Shown here: in pieces, positions 38,720 to 51,690 of the stretch
Layout of the letters: each line of letters opens with the position of its first letter
Numbering within the stretch: position 1 is the first letter of the stretch
NCBI GenBank assembly: GCA_013239625.1
Contig: MU054187.1
Location: forward strand, 5,157,757 to 5,221,756
Length of the DNA stretch: 64,000 bases
Origin: Lama guanicoe
Lineage: Eukaryota
Direction: 5' to 3'
Position numbers and translations under genes: made by a program
Notes under the pieces: generated by a model
The model's input: only the letters and a program-made list of their open reading frames with translations
The model's database searches: none
What the model was told of the DNA's origin: nothing

Positions 38720-39300
38720 TTACTTTTTCCACCACCCTGTCTCTGTACCAGTCTCCGGCAGCAGCCATAGTGATCTTTTTATAACATGGTTTGGAACAAG
38801 TCGCTTTTCCTGCTGAAAACTTCCCCAGATGTCCCCTTCACATGTGATGCAAACTCATATCCCTGCCCCTGGCCTGGAAGGTCTCGTATGATCTGACCTC
38901 TGGGGACTTTTCTCACTGTCTGCCAGCGTCTTTCCTGCTCTCAAGACTCCAGTCACACCTACGTTCTTCTAATCCTACAACACTCAAAGCTCATCCACAC
39001 CTCAGGACCTTTGCACCAGCTGTCACAGCTGCCTGGAAGATTCTTCTTCTGCCAGAACTTCTTAGAGCTGCCTCTTTCTCTCTATTTAGCTCTCAACTTA
39101 AATATCAACACTGCAGAGGTTTTTTTTTTTGTTTTATTTCCCCCCTGGCCTCTTCATCTCATGTCACTGTTTCATCACTCTCTCATGTCATCCTGAGATA
39201 ATTTTGTCAGAGCCAGGGTGCTGTCTGAGTTTTTTCCTGCTTCGTAGCCGTTTACTTGTTTGCTGCATAACAGATACCAGAAAATGAACTCCGTAAGTAC
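38720..39300 (+). mobile_element. LINE-2 3' fragment
   Basis: gcagccatagtgatctttt...actccagtcacac...cctcaggacctttgcac. Confidence 0.7.
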
Positions 39301-39399
39301 AGGGACATAGCATCCTCTTACTGACCTATTACAGGCGGCAAGATCTGCAGGGAGCCCCCTATTTAACTCCTGATGCCAGAGATTTATGTCTTCTCTACT

Positions 39400-40280
39400 T
39401 TTAGTCTTGTCAGTCTTATTAGAGACTTTCATGTTTGTTGAATTTTTTCAACGAGTCTGCTTTTTGTTTTATTGATTTTGTCTAGTATATTCCTATTTTT
39501 AATTTCATTAATTTCTGCTCTAATCTGTACCTTCTACTTTCTTTGGGTTTCTTTTTGCTCTTCTTTTTCTTGTTTCTCTGTGGAAACTTAGGTTCTTGAT
39601 ACAAGATCTTTCCTCTTTTTAAATGTAAGCATTCACTGCTCTAAATTTGCCTCTCAGTATTCCTTAAGTTACATTCCATATATTTTGGTAAATTCTGTTT
39701 TCATTTTGATTCCATTCCATGCATTTTAAAATTTCTGCTGAGACTCCCTCTTTGACCGTGGGATATTTGGAAGCATGTCTTTCATTCCCACACATTTAGA
39801 AAAGTTCCAGCTCTCGCTCTAGCTGTTGATATCTAGTTTCATCCTTCCGTGATCAGAGAACACATGCTGTTTGATTTCAATTTATAAATTTGGGGTTTGC
39901 TTTATGGCCTAGGATATGTTCTATCTTGGTGAATGTTCAGTGGGCTCTTGAAAAAAATACGTATTCTGCTGTTTTTTGGTGACTGTGTTCTGTGTATTTC
40001 AACCTGATGCTGTTGGCTGATGGTGTTGTTCAGATCCTGTACATCTTTGCTGGTTTTCTCATAGTTCTATCAGTAGCTGAGAGTGGTGTGGGAGTTCCCA
40101 AGTGTAACTGTGGATTTGTGTATTTCTCCTTTGAGCTCTATCTGGTTTTGCTCCATGTGTTGTGAAGCTCTGTTGTTTGCTGTGTACACATTTGGGATTC
40201 CTGGTGGATTAATTCTCTGTATCTGCTAATTCTCTTTGTTCTGAAATCAACTTTATTAGAAATTAATGTAGCCACTCTTG
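39400..40280 (-). mobile_element. L1M ORF2 (endonuclease region) fragment, reverse
   Basis: Long T-rich L1 antisense (ctctaaatttgcctctcag...tatggcctaggatatgttctatcttggtgaatgttc...gtattctgctgt). Confidence 0.8.
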
Positions 40281-40447
40281 CTTTTTTTTTTGGTAATAGT
40301 TTTATTGAGATATAATTCACATGCCATACAATTCATTCACTTAACATGTGCAATTCAATCGTTTTTTAGCATATTTATAGTGTTGTGCAAACATCACCAA
40401 AATCATTTCTAGAACATTCTCATTGCTCCAAAAGCAAATGCCATACT
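40281..40447 (-). mobile_element. L1MB-type 3' end, reverse
   Basis: Poly-T then ttttattgagatataattcacatgccatacaattc...ttgtgcaaacatcacca...ctagaacattctcat. Confidence 0.85.
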
Positions 40448-40624
40448 CACACTCAGTTTAGTCAACACTGGCATATTATACAATGATATGGCATCTTCTT
40501 CAGGCAAGGGCTACAGCAGACTGTCCCACGTTGGTGTAATATCCATGGTCTGCCTATTGGCATATGAGCCAAATGGAGAAATTAAGGTCCAACAATTCAT
40601 ATAAACTCACAAAATTGTAGATGT

Positions 40625-41030
40625 CTTATGGTAGACTGGATAGATGCTCACCAAACCCATTACTTCTTTTTGAGCACACAGTTAACTGTTAAACTGCATT
40701 TCCTGGCCTCCTAGCATTTAGGTGGGGCCATGTGAATAGTTCTAACCAACGGCGTTTGAGTAGAGTGATATATTTCACTTCTAGAATGAGGCAGATAAAA
40801 GCAAATTTTCTGTCTCCATATACCGTATCCTCCCCCTTCAACTCTCCCCCCACCAACTTCCAGCTTATTGATAAGAGGTCAACCTTTATTATGTGGTGAA
40901 GATGGTGAAGATAAAACATGAAACAAACTGGAGTGGATTGGACCACACATCCTCCCCATCCTTCTTGGACCCACAGTGAAATACCCTGAGGCCGTTACTT
41001 TTAGCTCTTAGCAGACTCTGACTGATACAG
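40625..41030 (+). mobile_element. Old MLT1 (MLT1I/J-like) LTR
   Basis: ctgcatttcctggcctcctagcatttaggtggggccatgtgaatagttctaaccaa...gactgataca. Confidence 0.7.
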
Positions 41031-41349
41031 GTTTTATCATTTAGTCAAGTGCCCTCATGATTACTGTCTCTCTGGGCATATAACCTATGATTTTGAAGAA
41101 TGATGAATAACCAGCAATTCTCTCATACTCTTTTGTAAACTCTACATGAATCAAGCCATAAATATTTACTAATTCTTAATTCTATGTGGGATTGCTAAAT
41201 TCCAAGTAGTGGGGATGCAATTCTAAGAAATTATTGACTTACAATAGTAGGTTAAATGTCATAAAAATCTTACTGTGCTCAGTCATTTTACCCAGACTTC
41301 TCTGAAGATGCCAAAAGTTGCCTGGAAACCAATGTCACACCGTATTTTG

Positions 41350-43032
41350 AGTCTAGGAAAGTTTTGTGTGCTAGACCCTGCTTCCTTTTGCCGACTCAAG
41401 GACACTCTTCCAGCAGTTCTCTCCTTTCTCTTCTGCATCATCGATATTTTTGCATTCTGATGGATCTTCCTATCACTACGCCAACATACTGTTATTTTTC
41501 TCATGTTATATAAAAATTCTCCTTGCACCACATTTGCATAATTTATATCCCCGTTTCTTGGCTCCTTTTTGAAAGAGAAATTTTCAAAGAGTTGCTTGTA
41601 TTTGTTTTTCTTCAATTCTTCTGTTCTCATTTTCTCTTAAGCCCCCACCAGTCAGGATTCTGCTCCCACCACCCCACTGAGCAACTCTTATCCAGGTCAC
41701 CAAAGGGTATCCGTGGTACCAAATTCAGTTGTCAGCTCTGTCTTTTGATTTCATGCTCCTAACTGACACACTTTCTTCTTGTGAGTTTGAGAACATTAGT
41801 CTCTTCAGGTTGTCCTCCTGTGTTACTGGTTGTTCCTTCTCAGTCTTAGTCTAACTGGTTCCCCCCAGCCACACTCTATGTCTTAGTGGTACTGTGTCAT
41901 AATCTTAGTTCTTAAACTTCTTTTCGTCTCCACTTTCACACACATATTTGTTGTTCTCATCTAGTCTCATGTCTTTAAAATCACCTAAATGCTAATAACT
42001 CCCAAACTGATGTCTCCATCTCAGGACTCTTTCTCGAATTCCAGAGTCACGCATCCACCTCTCTGTGAGCATCTCCACTTGGATGAAAAGTAGATAAGTC
42101 TTCTCAGACACAGATTGGCCATGCCTGCCAAGACCTCGGGTTTCCTTTCACTCTCTCTGCTGAGACTCTGTCTCATCTCATTTGAAGACAGCTCTCCATT
42201 TCCTGTTTTGAAGAAAAAGACCTTGGAGTTATTCTTGAATCTTCTCTTTCTCTCACACGCCACAATCAAGTCTTCAGGAAATTCTTCTGGCTCTATTTTC
42301 AAACTATATTCAGAGTCTAAAACTTCTCATCACCTTTACTGTTGCTCTCCTTCCTGGCTGGCCTCTCTGCTTCTATTCTTGTATTTCTACAGTCTGTTAT
42401 CAACAATAGACAGACTAATTCTTATGCAATGTTAATCATGCTACTTCTAAAATTCCTGCCAAGTGGCTGCCCATTTTATTAGAGCTGAGGCCAAAGTCCC
42501 CATGAGATCTTAGATTTTCAGGCTCCTGGTTACCTATTTGGTCAAGTTTCCTACTTTCCTCTCTCTTGTTCATGCTTCTCTAGCCATGTTGCCTTCCTTG
42601 CCTCTCCTTGGACGTGCCAAGAATTCTGGCTTGTGCACTGCCTACTCCCTCTGAGAACACTCTTCTCTTAATTATCAAACTCCTTTGACTTCAAGTTTTA
42701 ATTCAAATGCCAGCTTTCCAAAGAGGTCTATGCTGGGCACCCTGTGTAAAGTTGCAGCCGTTCTTTCCCATGTTCTGACTTTCTCAACCCCTTACCTTGC
42801 TCTGTTTTTTGTTTGGTTTTTTTTTGCCTTGCACTTATAATCTTGCAACACACTGTATAATTTATCTATTTATTATACTTAGTGTTTATTGACAGCCCCC
42901 ACCTCCCCCCACCTCCACTGGAATATAACTCCCACAGGGGCAGGAATCTCCACCTGCTTCATGCACTGATGAATTCAAGAACCGGGCACAAAACACAGGC
43001 TTAATATCCATTAAATGAGTGAATAAGTGAAT
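41350..43032 (+). mobile_element. Long LINE-2 (L2a-like) 3' fragment
   Basis: ccagtcaggattctgctcccacc...ccactgagcaactcttatccaggtcacc...gagcatctccacttggatg...ccttggagttattcttga..., ending atgagtgaataagtgaat. Confidence 0.85.
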
Positions 43033-43512
43033 CTTCCAACGGAGAAAGTCAAAATCATCATCAAAGGAACCAGAAATGATCGTCATTTCAAACTGTTACA
43101 AATTAGTGACTTTGATCTTGTTCACATGAGAAAAAATTCTCTCATCATCCAACAGATCATGGAAAGATTCACAAAACAACAAAATATGTAGACTGACAAT
43201 GTAAACAGCCAGCGTTATTTTTCCAAACTACATCAGGGGAACTTTACCAAAAATAGAAGGTCTTTGACTCTGAGGCATAAATGAAAGTCAACACTCCAGC
43301 CTCATTAGATTTTGCAGTTCCGAGTAAGAACAAACCAGGTCTTTGTGACTATTTTCAATGGTTATTAAAGTACATTATTCATATTAATATCATCAATCAG
43401 ACTTGGAATGTATTCTTGATTTGCTTTATTAGCCCTGCAGTTGCACAAATGTAGCTATTGATTGCTTCTAAATTATTACCTGAAAATTGCCTTAAACTTG
43501 TAGCTTGTAAGC

Positions 43513-43733
43513 TAATGTTTCTCAAAGTGTGTTCTGAGAAGTCTTAACAGATATTTCATGAAAATGTGGTGTCCTAGCTCAGGTGAGTTGGAAAGACATT
43601 GAGTGAAACAGATTCCTTACGATGGGACTGCGTCGTGGTTTTCAATGTTCAGAGTTGCCGGGCAGCACTTCCTAGATTTGCTTGATCACAGGACGTTTTC
43701 ACCAAGGATCGTCTTAACTTTTGGGAAATGATG
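43513..43733. mobile_element. MER103-like hAT-Charlie MITE
   Basis: Ends tgtttctcaaagtgtgttc and tttgggaaatgatg, with palindromic internal organisation. Confidence 0.65.
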
Positions 43734-44704
43734 CTATGCACAGGTAATGCTAAGATCAAGTATCAGGCTTGTGGTCAAGTTTGTGACTGTGCCATTCATT
43801 TCTTCGCAAATGATTACTTAGTGATAGCAGTTTGTAGAACATCAGCTACATGAGCAGAAAAGTTTGCAGATGTCTGGATAGAAGACATGAATCACCCAGG
43901 TGGAAAAATAAACATTTATAATACACTAACGTAGAGGACCTGGGGGGTCATGACAGCCAAAACTTGAAGGAAATGGTGAATAGAGAAGGAAGAGATATTG
44001 AGGAAAAGATGGAGATAGGGTTGAGGGAAAAAAAACCTCGTAATTAATATTTTTCACTCCTGATAGGAGACCAGAATCCAGATTTGGGGCCAAAGAGAAA
44101 GCTCTATGGAGGCTTCTGAACTTGTGTCTTGTTGAAAGTGAACATGGGTGGGACCCCCTGCTGTATTCCTCACTCTGTTTTTTCTTACACTGGCATGAAA
44201 GTGATCAAGAGCAAGAAAATGTGCATTTTATACAATATAGTTGGTTTCTTTTTCCTGAGAAAAGAGCAGATGCCTCAGGAAATCAGATTCTTGTGACATT
44301 TGTGACTCTTTATCACTGAAGCCATGTTCATTCTGATTCTAAAGGACATCTGATTAGCAATACGTGGGTGACTTCATTGAAAATGCATACTTTATGTGTC
44401 ATGAAACGTTACTTGAAGATGGTAATAGGACAAAGAGGGTCTGTCATTTGGGGAGAGATGTCAATAAATCTCAAAGTTATTAGTTGCATTTATTGGTAAA
44501 AAAGGACACATTTTTACTAATTTTATTTTGGCTCAATATTGAACAATTTTGTTTTCGGGCTACAAAACTGCACCATATTGAGATATCTCTTAGCATTTGA
44601 AAATGATTATCTTTAACTGTGTTGCTAAGTGGCCTATAATTAATTACATACATTTGAATATTTTATTTGTTCAACTAACTTATCCTGTTTCTTAGGATGA
44701 TCAA

Positions 44705-45190
44705 TTTTTTAATTGAAGTATTGTTGATTTACAAATTTGTGTTAGTTTCTGTTGTACAGCAAAGTGATTCAATTATATATATTCAAAGTGATTCAATTAT
44801 ATATATATATATAGTATTCTTTTTCATTATAGGTTACTATAAGATATTGAATGTAGTTCCCTGTGCTATAGTTTAAGATCTTGTTTATCTATTTTATACA
44901 TAGTAGTTTGTATCTGCTAATCCCCAACTCCTAATTTATCCCTCCCCAGCCCCCTTCTCCCTTTGGTAACTATAAGTTTGTTTTCTATGTCCGTGAGTCT
45001 CTTTCTGTTCTGTAAATAAGTTCATTTGTATTATTTGTTTTGGATTCCACACGTAAGTGATACCATATGATATTTGTCTTTCTCTTCACTTAGTATGGTA
45101 ATCTCTCAGTCCATCCACGTTGCTGCAGATGGCATTATTCTTTTTCATGGCTGAGTAGTATTCCATTGTGTATCTATACCACATCTTTAT
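44705..45190 (-). mobile_element. 5'-truncated LINE-1 3' end (cetartiodactyl/camelid type), reverse, with TSD
   Basis: Reverse L1 3' UTR (tgtacagcaaagtgattca...gttccctgtgctatag...ggctgagtagtattccattgtgt). Flanks atgatcaatttt (44697-44708) and atgatccatttt (45194-45205) followed by aa, an L1 endonuclease-type TTTT/AA site. Confidence 0.92.
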
Positions 45191-47267
45191 AAAATGATCC
45201 ATTTTAAGCAGGTGTGCCCAGTCTTTATGGCAAGTCTATTTAGGAGTGGGGCATATCATTTGAGTAAGAGCTGTACTCCGACTGATTGTCTTTCTCATCA
45301 TATCATCTGTAGTTACTTGATGTAGTTGAGCAGGTTACTTAGTTTTGATATCTATTACTAAGTTGACACCTTTAGCACTTTATGGAGATGCTAGTGAGAG
45401 AGTCATTTGGGTGCCTTTTCCTCCCTGGGTGCTAGTCCCCACAATAGCTTCTGCAGAGTCAGGACTTGCAATGGAAGGGAGCATTTTTCCAGCCCAGCAG
45501 CTTCTGCTGGGTTGTAAACAGTCTGCTTGCTTTTCAGAGAGGGAGCGTAGCCTATAAGGACGATAGCTAGTCCCAGCTTAGTTCATTGCTTCTGCCACCT
45601 GCCTTCTGGCTTAATGTTGGAAGCAAGAAGCATGCAATTAAGTGTGAGGAAATGAAAATAAATGACACTGTTCATTGCACATTACAAAGTGGCTGGCAGA
45701 AAGAACGCTGTTTGTAGAGACCCAGTGGCCCTGCAGAAAATGTGACTCTGCCCGAGAAGATACTGGGGACTGAGACCATGACCCAGGTTTTCTCTGTAAC
45801 CTAGTGTGACTGTAAACCAAATAAATTACAGGTGCAACTCTAAATGCCCAGGACACTCACTGTTTAATGATTTGTAGAGAGCCAATAATTAAATTTGAGT
45901 GTAAGGGAATACAGTCACAGTGACATGTTCCAGCAGCTTTTGTCAGGTAAATTCCATAAAAAGTAATGACTTTGAAGTAAATAATTGATTCCTTTTGGAT
46001 GACCAACCATTTGGAAATTGTTTTATAAAATAACAAATTTTGAAGCCCAATTTGTTTTCAAAGATGTTTCTTAAAAAGCATTTAAGGATGCTCTTTGGGG
46101 CTCACTCAGTTAAGGAACGTGTGGTTCATTTGTGCTATGTGGTCATCAGAAAGCAGGCTCCAGATACTCGTGTGCATTCTATCCACAGACAATGCTACCT
46201 CCTTTCCAATAATGAGATGAGAGTAGAAGGCACGTTGCTGTTGGATGCAGAGCTGAGGAGAGCATCACTGAGTGCGCAGAGAATCTCAGAAGCCTTCCTA
46301 TTTCTACAAAGATTTAATCTAGTTAATTAAGGCATCTTTTGGGTGTATATCACTCCAAGAAGAGAACGGCATTACGAGTGATTCTACCACCCAGATTTAG
46401 TATGTGATGCAGAGAAACTGCCAAACAGTTTATTATACAAGGTCTTTTTGAAATATCAAGAAGGTCGGGGAATTTGTCGACTCTTCAAGAAAATGAGGAG
46501 GGGCTCTTCTGATGAACCGATCATCACTGTCTGGAGGAAGCTCAGGTTGCAAAGCATGGTGCCTGTAGGTCTTTCCATTTTGCAGAACTCTGCGCCAGGC
46601 AGGGGGAGAAATAAGATGCGCCAGCCAGAATTCCAGTGATGTGGGAACTGGTATCTCTGAAACTGAACAAGATAGAAGAGTAAGAACTCAGTCATGAGTT
46701 AATACTTGATGTTTTAAACATTTATCATCATTCAAATGGCTGATATCAACATCGCTAATAGGAGTAGCAACCTACTACTTCAAGTTTTGTTAACAATATT
46801 TATTCTGATATAAATTTTGATGTTGAATTGCTCAGCAAGTGGAGAACAGATGATAAGGATCTAAATGGTGGACGCTGTGATGGCCTGGGGTACCCTGCCT
46901 GGAACCCCTTCTTCCATGGAGACCTCGCTCCTCGGCTGCTGGGAGCGCTGCTGGAGCGTGGCACGCTGCTGGAGCTCCAATTTTGGGTTGCCTTGGCTCA
47001 AGACAATTGCCTCACTGGAGAACACATCTTCTTCCAATGACTAATGAACGTTGGTATATAACGGCCTGGCCTTCTTGCCCTAACTCAGAGCTAGGGATTC
47101 AGAAGGAATGCAATTGGGAAATTGATGATAGTGGCGTCTGGAAAAATAGGTGGATAAATACGGTCACTTGGTTTAGAAGGATTTGTGAAATTCTAAATTT
47201 ATTTTCTTTGTTAGATGCAAACACTGTCTTCCATCTCTTTGACCTCTAACCAACATGTTTTCTGTAA

Positions 47268-47270
<3 letters not shown>

Positions 47271-47305
<35 letters not shown>

Positions 47306-47315
47306 GGAGAGAGAG
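47271..47315 (+). repeat. (CA)16 plus (GA)n compound microsatellite
   Basis: Seen directly. Confidence 0.95.
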
Positions 47316-47404
47316 AATTTGAGAGCAGCACGCTCCTTCTTTGTCAATTTTTATGAGAAGGAGTGACATTGTTTCTGCAACTCATAGCAGCAGCAATACG
47401 GCAA

Positions 47405-47595
47405 GAAGGGCCCAGGATTTGAGCCAGTTGGGCTGCTGTGTTCAAATCCAAATTCCTCGATTTGCTAAATTACTTAATTTTTCTGAGACTTAGTTTTCTC
47501 ATCCATCAAACCGGGATAATGATGCCCGCTTTCCATATATGTCGTGACTGTGAAGTAATTAAATCACGTCATAGACTCAGCATAGCGCCTACCTG
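47405..47595 (+). mobile_element. MIR
   Basis: gtgttcaaatcc...ttacttaatttttctgagacttagttttctcatccatcaaaccgggataatgat. Confidence 0.75.
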
Positions 47596-49142
47596 GTCAT
47601 CAGGAGGGACTGTCCTGGTCTATGCTTCTTGTCTTGAAATAATTATTCATAATGATCCTAATTAGAACTTATAACTGTGTCCATGATTATAATAATTACA
47701 ATAACACTCCCTTTCAATTTCAGAAGTTAGGATGGTAAATGATACGTTCACTCTAATCATTATGAAATGTTAGTCTGCATTCGCCACTTTTTTTTTTATT
47801 ACTTATTGTTGAGAATATTTCCGTAAACAAGAGCTCAGAAGTAGAGCTAGCTGTGTTTGGAAAGCTCAGATTTTAGGTAGTTAACTGGGCTTCTGAGTTT
47901 TATTCTGAATAGAGGAGATCATTGGTGTTTAAAGTTAACTGATGTTGGAAGTGCAAATTGATTCTCTTACTCCAGGAGTTGGCTTTATTCAAGGGAATGG
48001 TAAATGAGATACCCTGCATCTCAACAGACTTCTTGAAGAAATCTTTAGATAAATAAAATGCAATCTGCCATCTAAACATTATGATGTGAAAGGTTAAAAA
48101 ATATTCAGGAGAATCGTTGTGGCTTCATGTTTTTAACCACTTTTTACCTGGGGTTTCTCGTGCGTTGTTGCGCACGGAATATTCTCCTGGGTGCGGCCTT
48201 TGATGGCTGTCCCGCCACGCTCCCCAGAGGTGGCAGGCACGCTCGTGGGCCTCTTCCCAGCCTCTGAGGACACATTTCCGATCCTTTCTTTGCTTGCCAA
48301 TTTAGAGAAGAAGGATCTGTTAGCCATTAGACAGTGAATGAAGTTCACAGGTAACTCTTAAGAACCATGGCCTTCACGAAGAGAAAAGAGACACTTGCAG
48401 GGAGTGTTTTTGAAACAGCAGATTGCTGTATCGGGCGGTCTGAGGATTGTGACCAGTGTCAAGGACCACACACCACACAAAAGCAGCTCATGATAGCTGC
48501 GCACCCAGAATGCCATGTTCAAGGTGGAGTGGCTGGTTTTGCTGCAAACACTAATTTTCAGAGAATGCAATTTGAAATTTTTAATCAGCCATGACTCCTT
48601 GCGGGGATGACTTTCCTACACCCCTTTATAACACTGTAAAAGGACATCAGAGTCTGCTCCAGCAGCCCAGGAGCTCAAAATAAGTGTTTCTGGGTGATGC
48701 TGACTGTCTCCTCTTCAAATGTTAATTTTGAAGATTCATATTTCAGAAGAATTAAGGGCCCAATCCTGTGATCATTCTGCATTTCGAAATGTCATTAATG
48801 AACTCTGAGAATGAAAAGAATAAAGCTGGCGTTTTCAGTTTGACTGAAATTTTACTGTTTAATAACATAAGATCCAGTAAGTCACTTAAATCTGTTGGTG
48901 ATATACACCTTTTAAAGGACAGTTGGATTCATCCACAACACCTTTATTGTTGGGAATGTGGTATGGACAGTATGAGGGACAAAGTAATAAAGATTCATTT
49001 AATGTTCTGGGTGTTTTAGACTCAATACGCATCATACTTAGAGAATGTGAGCGTTCAGTGAATTGCCAAAAACACAATCCTTGGTAGTGGAGGCATTCCA
49101 CAAAAGATTGCATTCTTAGCGATGATGCCAAAAGAGATTTTA

Positions 49143-49290
49143 GTGTGTGTGTGTGTGTGTACATTTAAAAAATACAAATAAAAATATATAAGTATATAAA
49201 AATATATAATATATAAATACATTAAATGAGTATATGTATTTATGTTTGTATATGTACATATTATATATACATATATGTTATGTATATTTA
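49143..49290. repeat. (TG)n followed by AT-rich (TA)n low-complexity tract
   Basis: Seen directly. Confidence 0.85.
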
Positions 49291-50559
49291 AAATTAGACC
49301 TTTGCAATGGACTCAGATAGATAATTCTGCATAATAAATGCAGTGTTATGGATGGATTATTAACATTCTTGCACCACTTACTTAACTTTTGCCTTTCTTT
49401 CCTCTATTGTGTAGGTAATATCAAATCATTTTCTACTAGATTATATTCATGTGTTTTCCATCTCATTCCAGATCTCCCCAAATCCATGTCTTGGAGTCTC
49501 TGTGGAATAGTGTATTTTCCTCTGAATTTATAGAATTCATTTATTTCTATAATTTTCTTGTAGGCTTAAAGCTTCAGGAAGCCACAAGTTTGATTCTTTA
49601 ATCTTTTCCTACATAGGTTGTTCTAAACCTATGCCACCTAAAATGAAGGATACACGTACAAAACCTTGTGATTCATTTGTTAGCATCCTCACTTTGCATA
49701 TGGGGGCCCTGAGGTATGTACGTAGAAGTCAAGCTCTGCTGTAGGAACCAAAGCTGGAGTGTTGCTGTGCACTTAGTTCATGAACGGGCTGCTCTCCTCC
49801 GGTTCTCCATGTGTTGGATCATCTCCAATACCATTTTATAGTTGTCTTATTTGTTAGGCACTCTTCCTGAGAAATAGAATTTGTTTTACCCGAGTTTCAA
49901 TCCATTGCCTTTGATCTCAGAACCAATAGGTTGGTTTTCTTTAGGACAATCATTTCCTCAGGTTTCCTTTCTACCAGTTTCTGTCATTCTCCTCTGCCTC
50001 TTAGAGGGTAACTTTATACGAGAGTATTTTCTTCTACTCAGTGGGGACACTATGCCTGAGATAAAAATAGAAGGACAGCAGTTCAGTAACAATCACATTT
50101 TCATCCTTGATTTTCCAGTTTTATTTTGAAGGATGTGAACATGATCCCCTAAACTCTCTGCACCAAAGTATCTTCATCTATAAAGTGGTGTTATTTTTGC
50201 CAACTTTTGTGACATGTTCCATGTGAAGAAAAACATACAGAATAAATTTGAAAACCCTCAATATTAAGACAGAGTCACAATAAAACCAAGCCACCAATGA
50301 CTGGTGGAAAAGGCTGGTTTGTCATAGATAGCAAAGCCAGGGACCACCAACTCCTGGTACCTCAGAACACAGAAAGCTCAGATCAGTGGGATCCATAGCG
50401 TTTCCTTAAATTCTTTTTAGCTATTAGTTTAAACTTCATTAACAAACTTTCCATCATGCTTTATTCACCCCAAAACTAGCTAAATGATTCTGTTTTGTTT
50501 TTTGATTAATACGATTTTGAATTTTCTAGGATGGAGCCTCCACTGTGCAATATGGCTTC

Positions 50560-50745
50560 TGTTAAGTTCTGAATCCTAACTGGCTTTACCACTCTGGGCA
50601 AATTAGTTAACTTTTATAAGCCTTTGTTTTTAAATAAAGCTAATAATCATCCTTTTGTGATGATAAAATAAGATAAAATATTTATAGAAAGCTTAGTATC
50701 ATGCCTTGACAGTTGATATTTGGTATTTGATAAATGGCAGTTATC
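50560..50745 (+). mobile_element. MIR
   Basis: gttctgaatcctaactgg...ctgggcaaattagttaac...ttgataaatggcagttatcat. Confidence 0.65.
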
Positions 50746-51559
50746 ATCTGGTATCTATTCTGGTCTATTCATCATCATGGTTTATTCTGAATGAAGACAG
50801 TATTTTCATATTTTTCTTCTTTGATTTAATGATTTGACCACCTCTCTAGGTGTGTATCTGATCCTGGTAGATATGTAAGAAATTTTAAAAATTGTCAATA
50901 TACTTATTTAACATAAATATTTTAACATTTTCTTTAGAAAGTGAAATTCTACACCTGTTCCTCACTTTGGAACCCATTATGACTCCAAGCCAAGGTCAAA
51001 CAAGGGACTTTGTTTCTGGATTTCTCTACTTAACACATTGATTTTGTTGCTGGCTATATTTTGGTCATGGCCCGTCTTGCCTCCTGGTGATTGGGTTCTT
51101 GCATTTAAATTCCAATCTCTTTCTAAAGCGCTTTCTGTATTGATGTAGCCAGACCCAAATAGTTTATTTTCACGGTTCACTGAAGAAGTCAATTGGTCAT
51201 GCAGGGGAAAAACGACTCAAGTTAAAACTTCAACCTAATACTTGATATTTCCACATATATGTTAGGATTAAACCTTTGATTGGGCAGAAAGGTAAATTAC
51301 TAGAATTTGTTCTGTATTAGAATCTTTTCTGAGGCAAATCCTTCACTGGATTTCAAAGGAGAGGAATCTTCTCATTTCATTAAAATCCTAAATGTTTACA
51401 TTTAAAAACTGTTCTACAGGACAATTATCATTTCATGTCATATAGCAAACCCAAGTATTTCTGTTAGGATAGACAACATTGGACAGATATAATAATAATA
51501 ATAGTAAAAATCATTTGGGAGGGATATGTTAAGAGAAACTACAGTCTACTCTAGTCAGG

Positions 51560-51690
51560 GGCTAGAGTTCTGGTCTCAGTTCTGTCTCCAAATGGCCAGG
51601 TAATGCTGGTCAAGGAGTTCATTTTCTCATCCACAAGACGAGTGGGTTAGAGTTTCCCCAGATGCCTTGCAGCAATGGAGTTCTATGATG
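51560..51690 (+). mobile_element. MIR3-like fragment
   Basis: gagttctggtctcagttctg...ttttctcatccacaagacgagtgggttag...ttctatgat. Confidence 0.55.
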
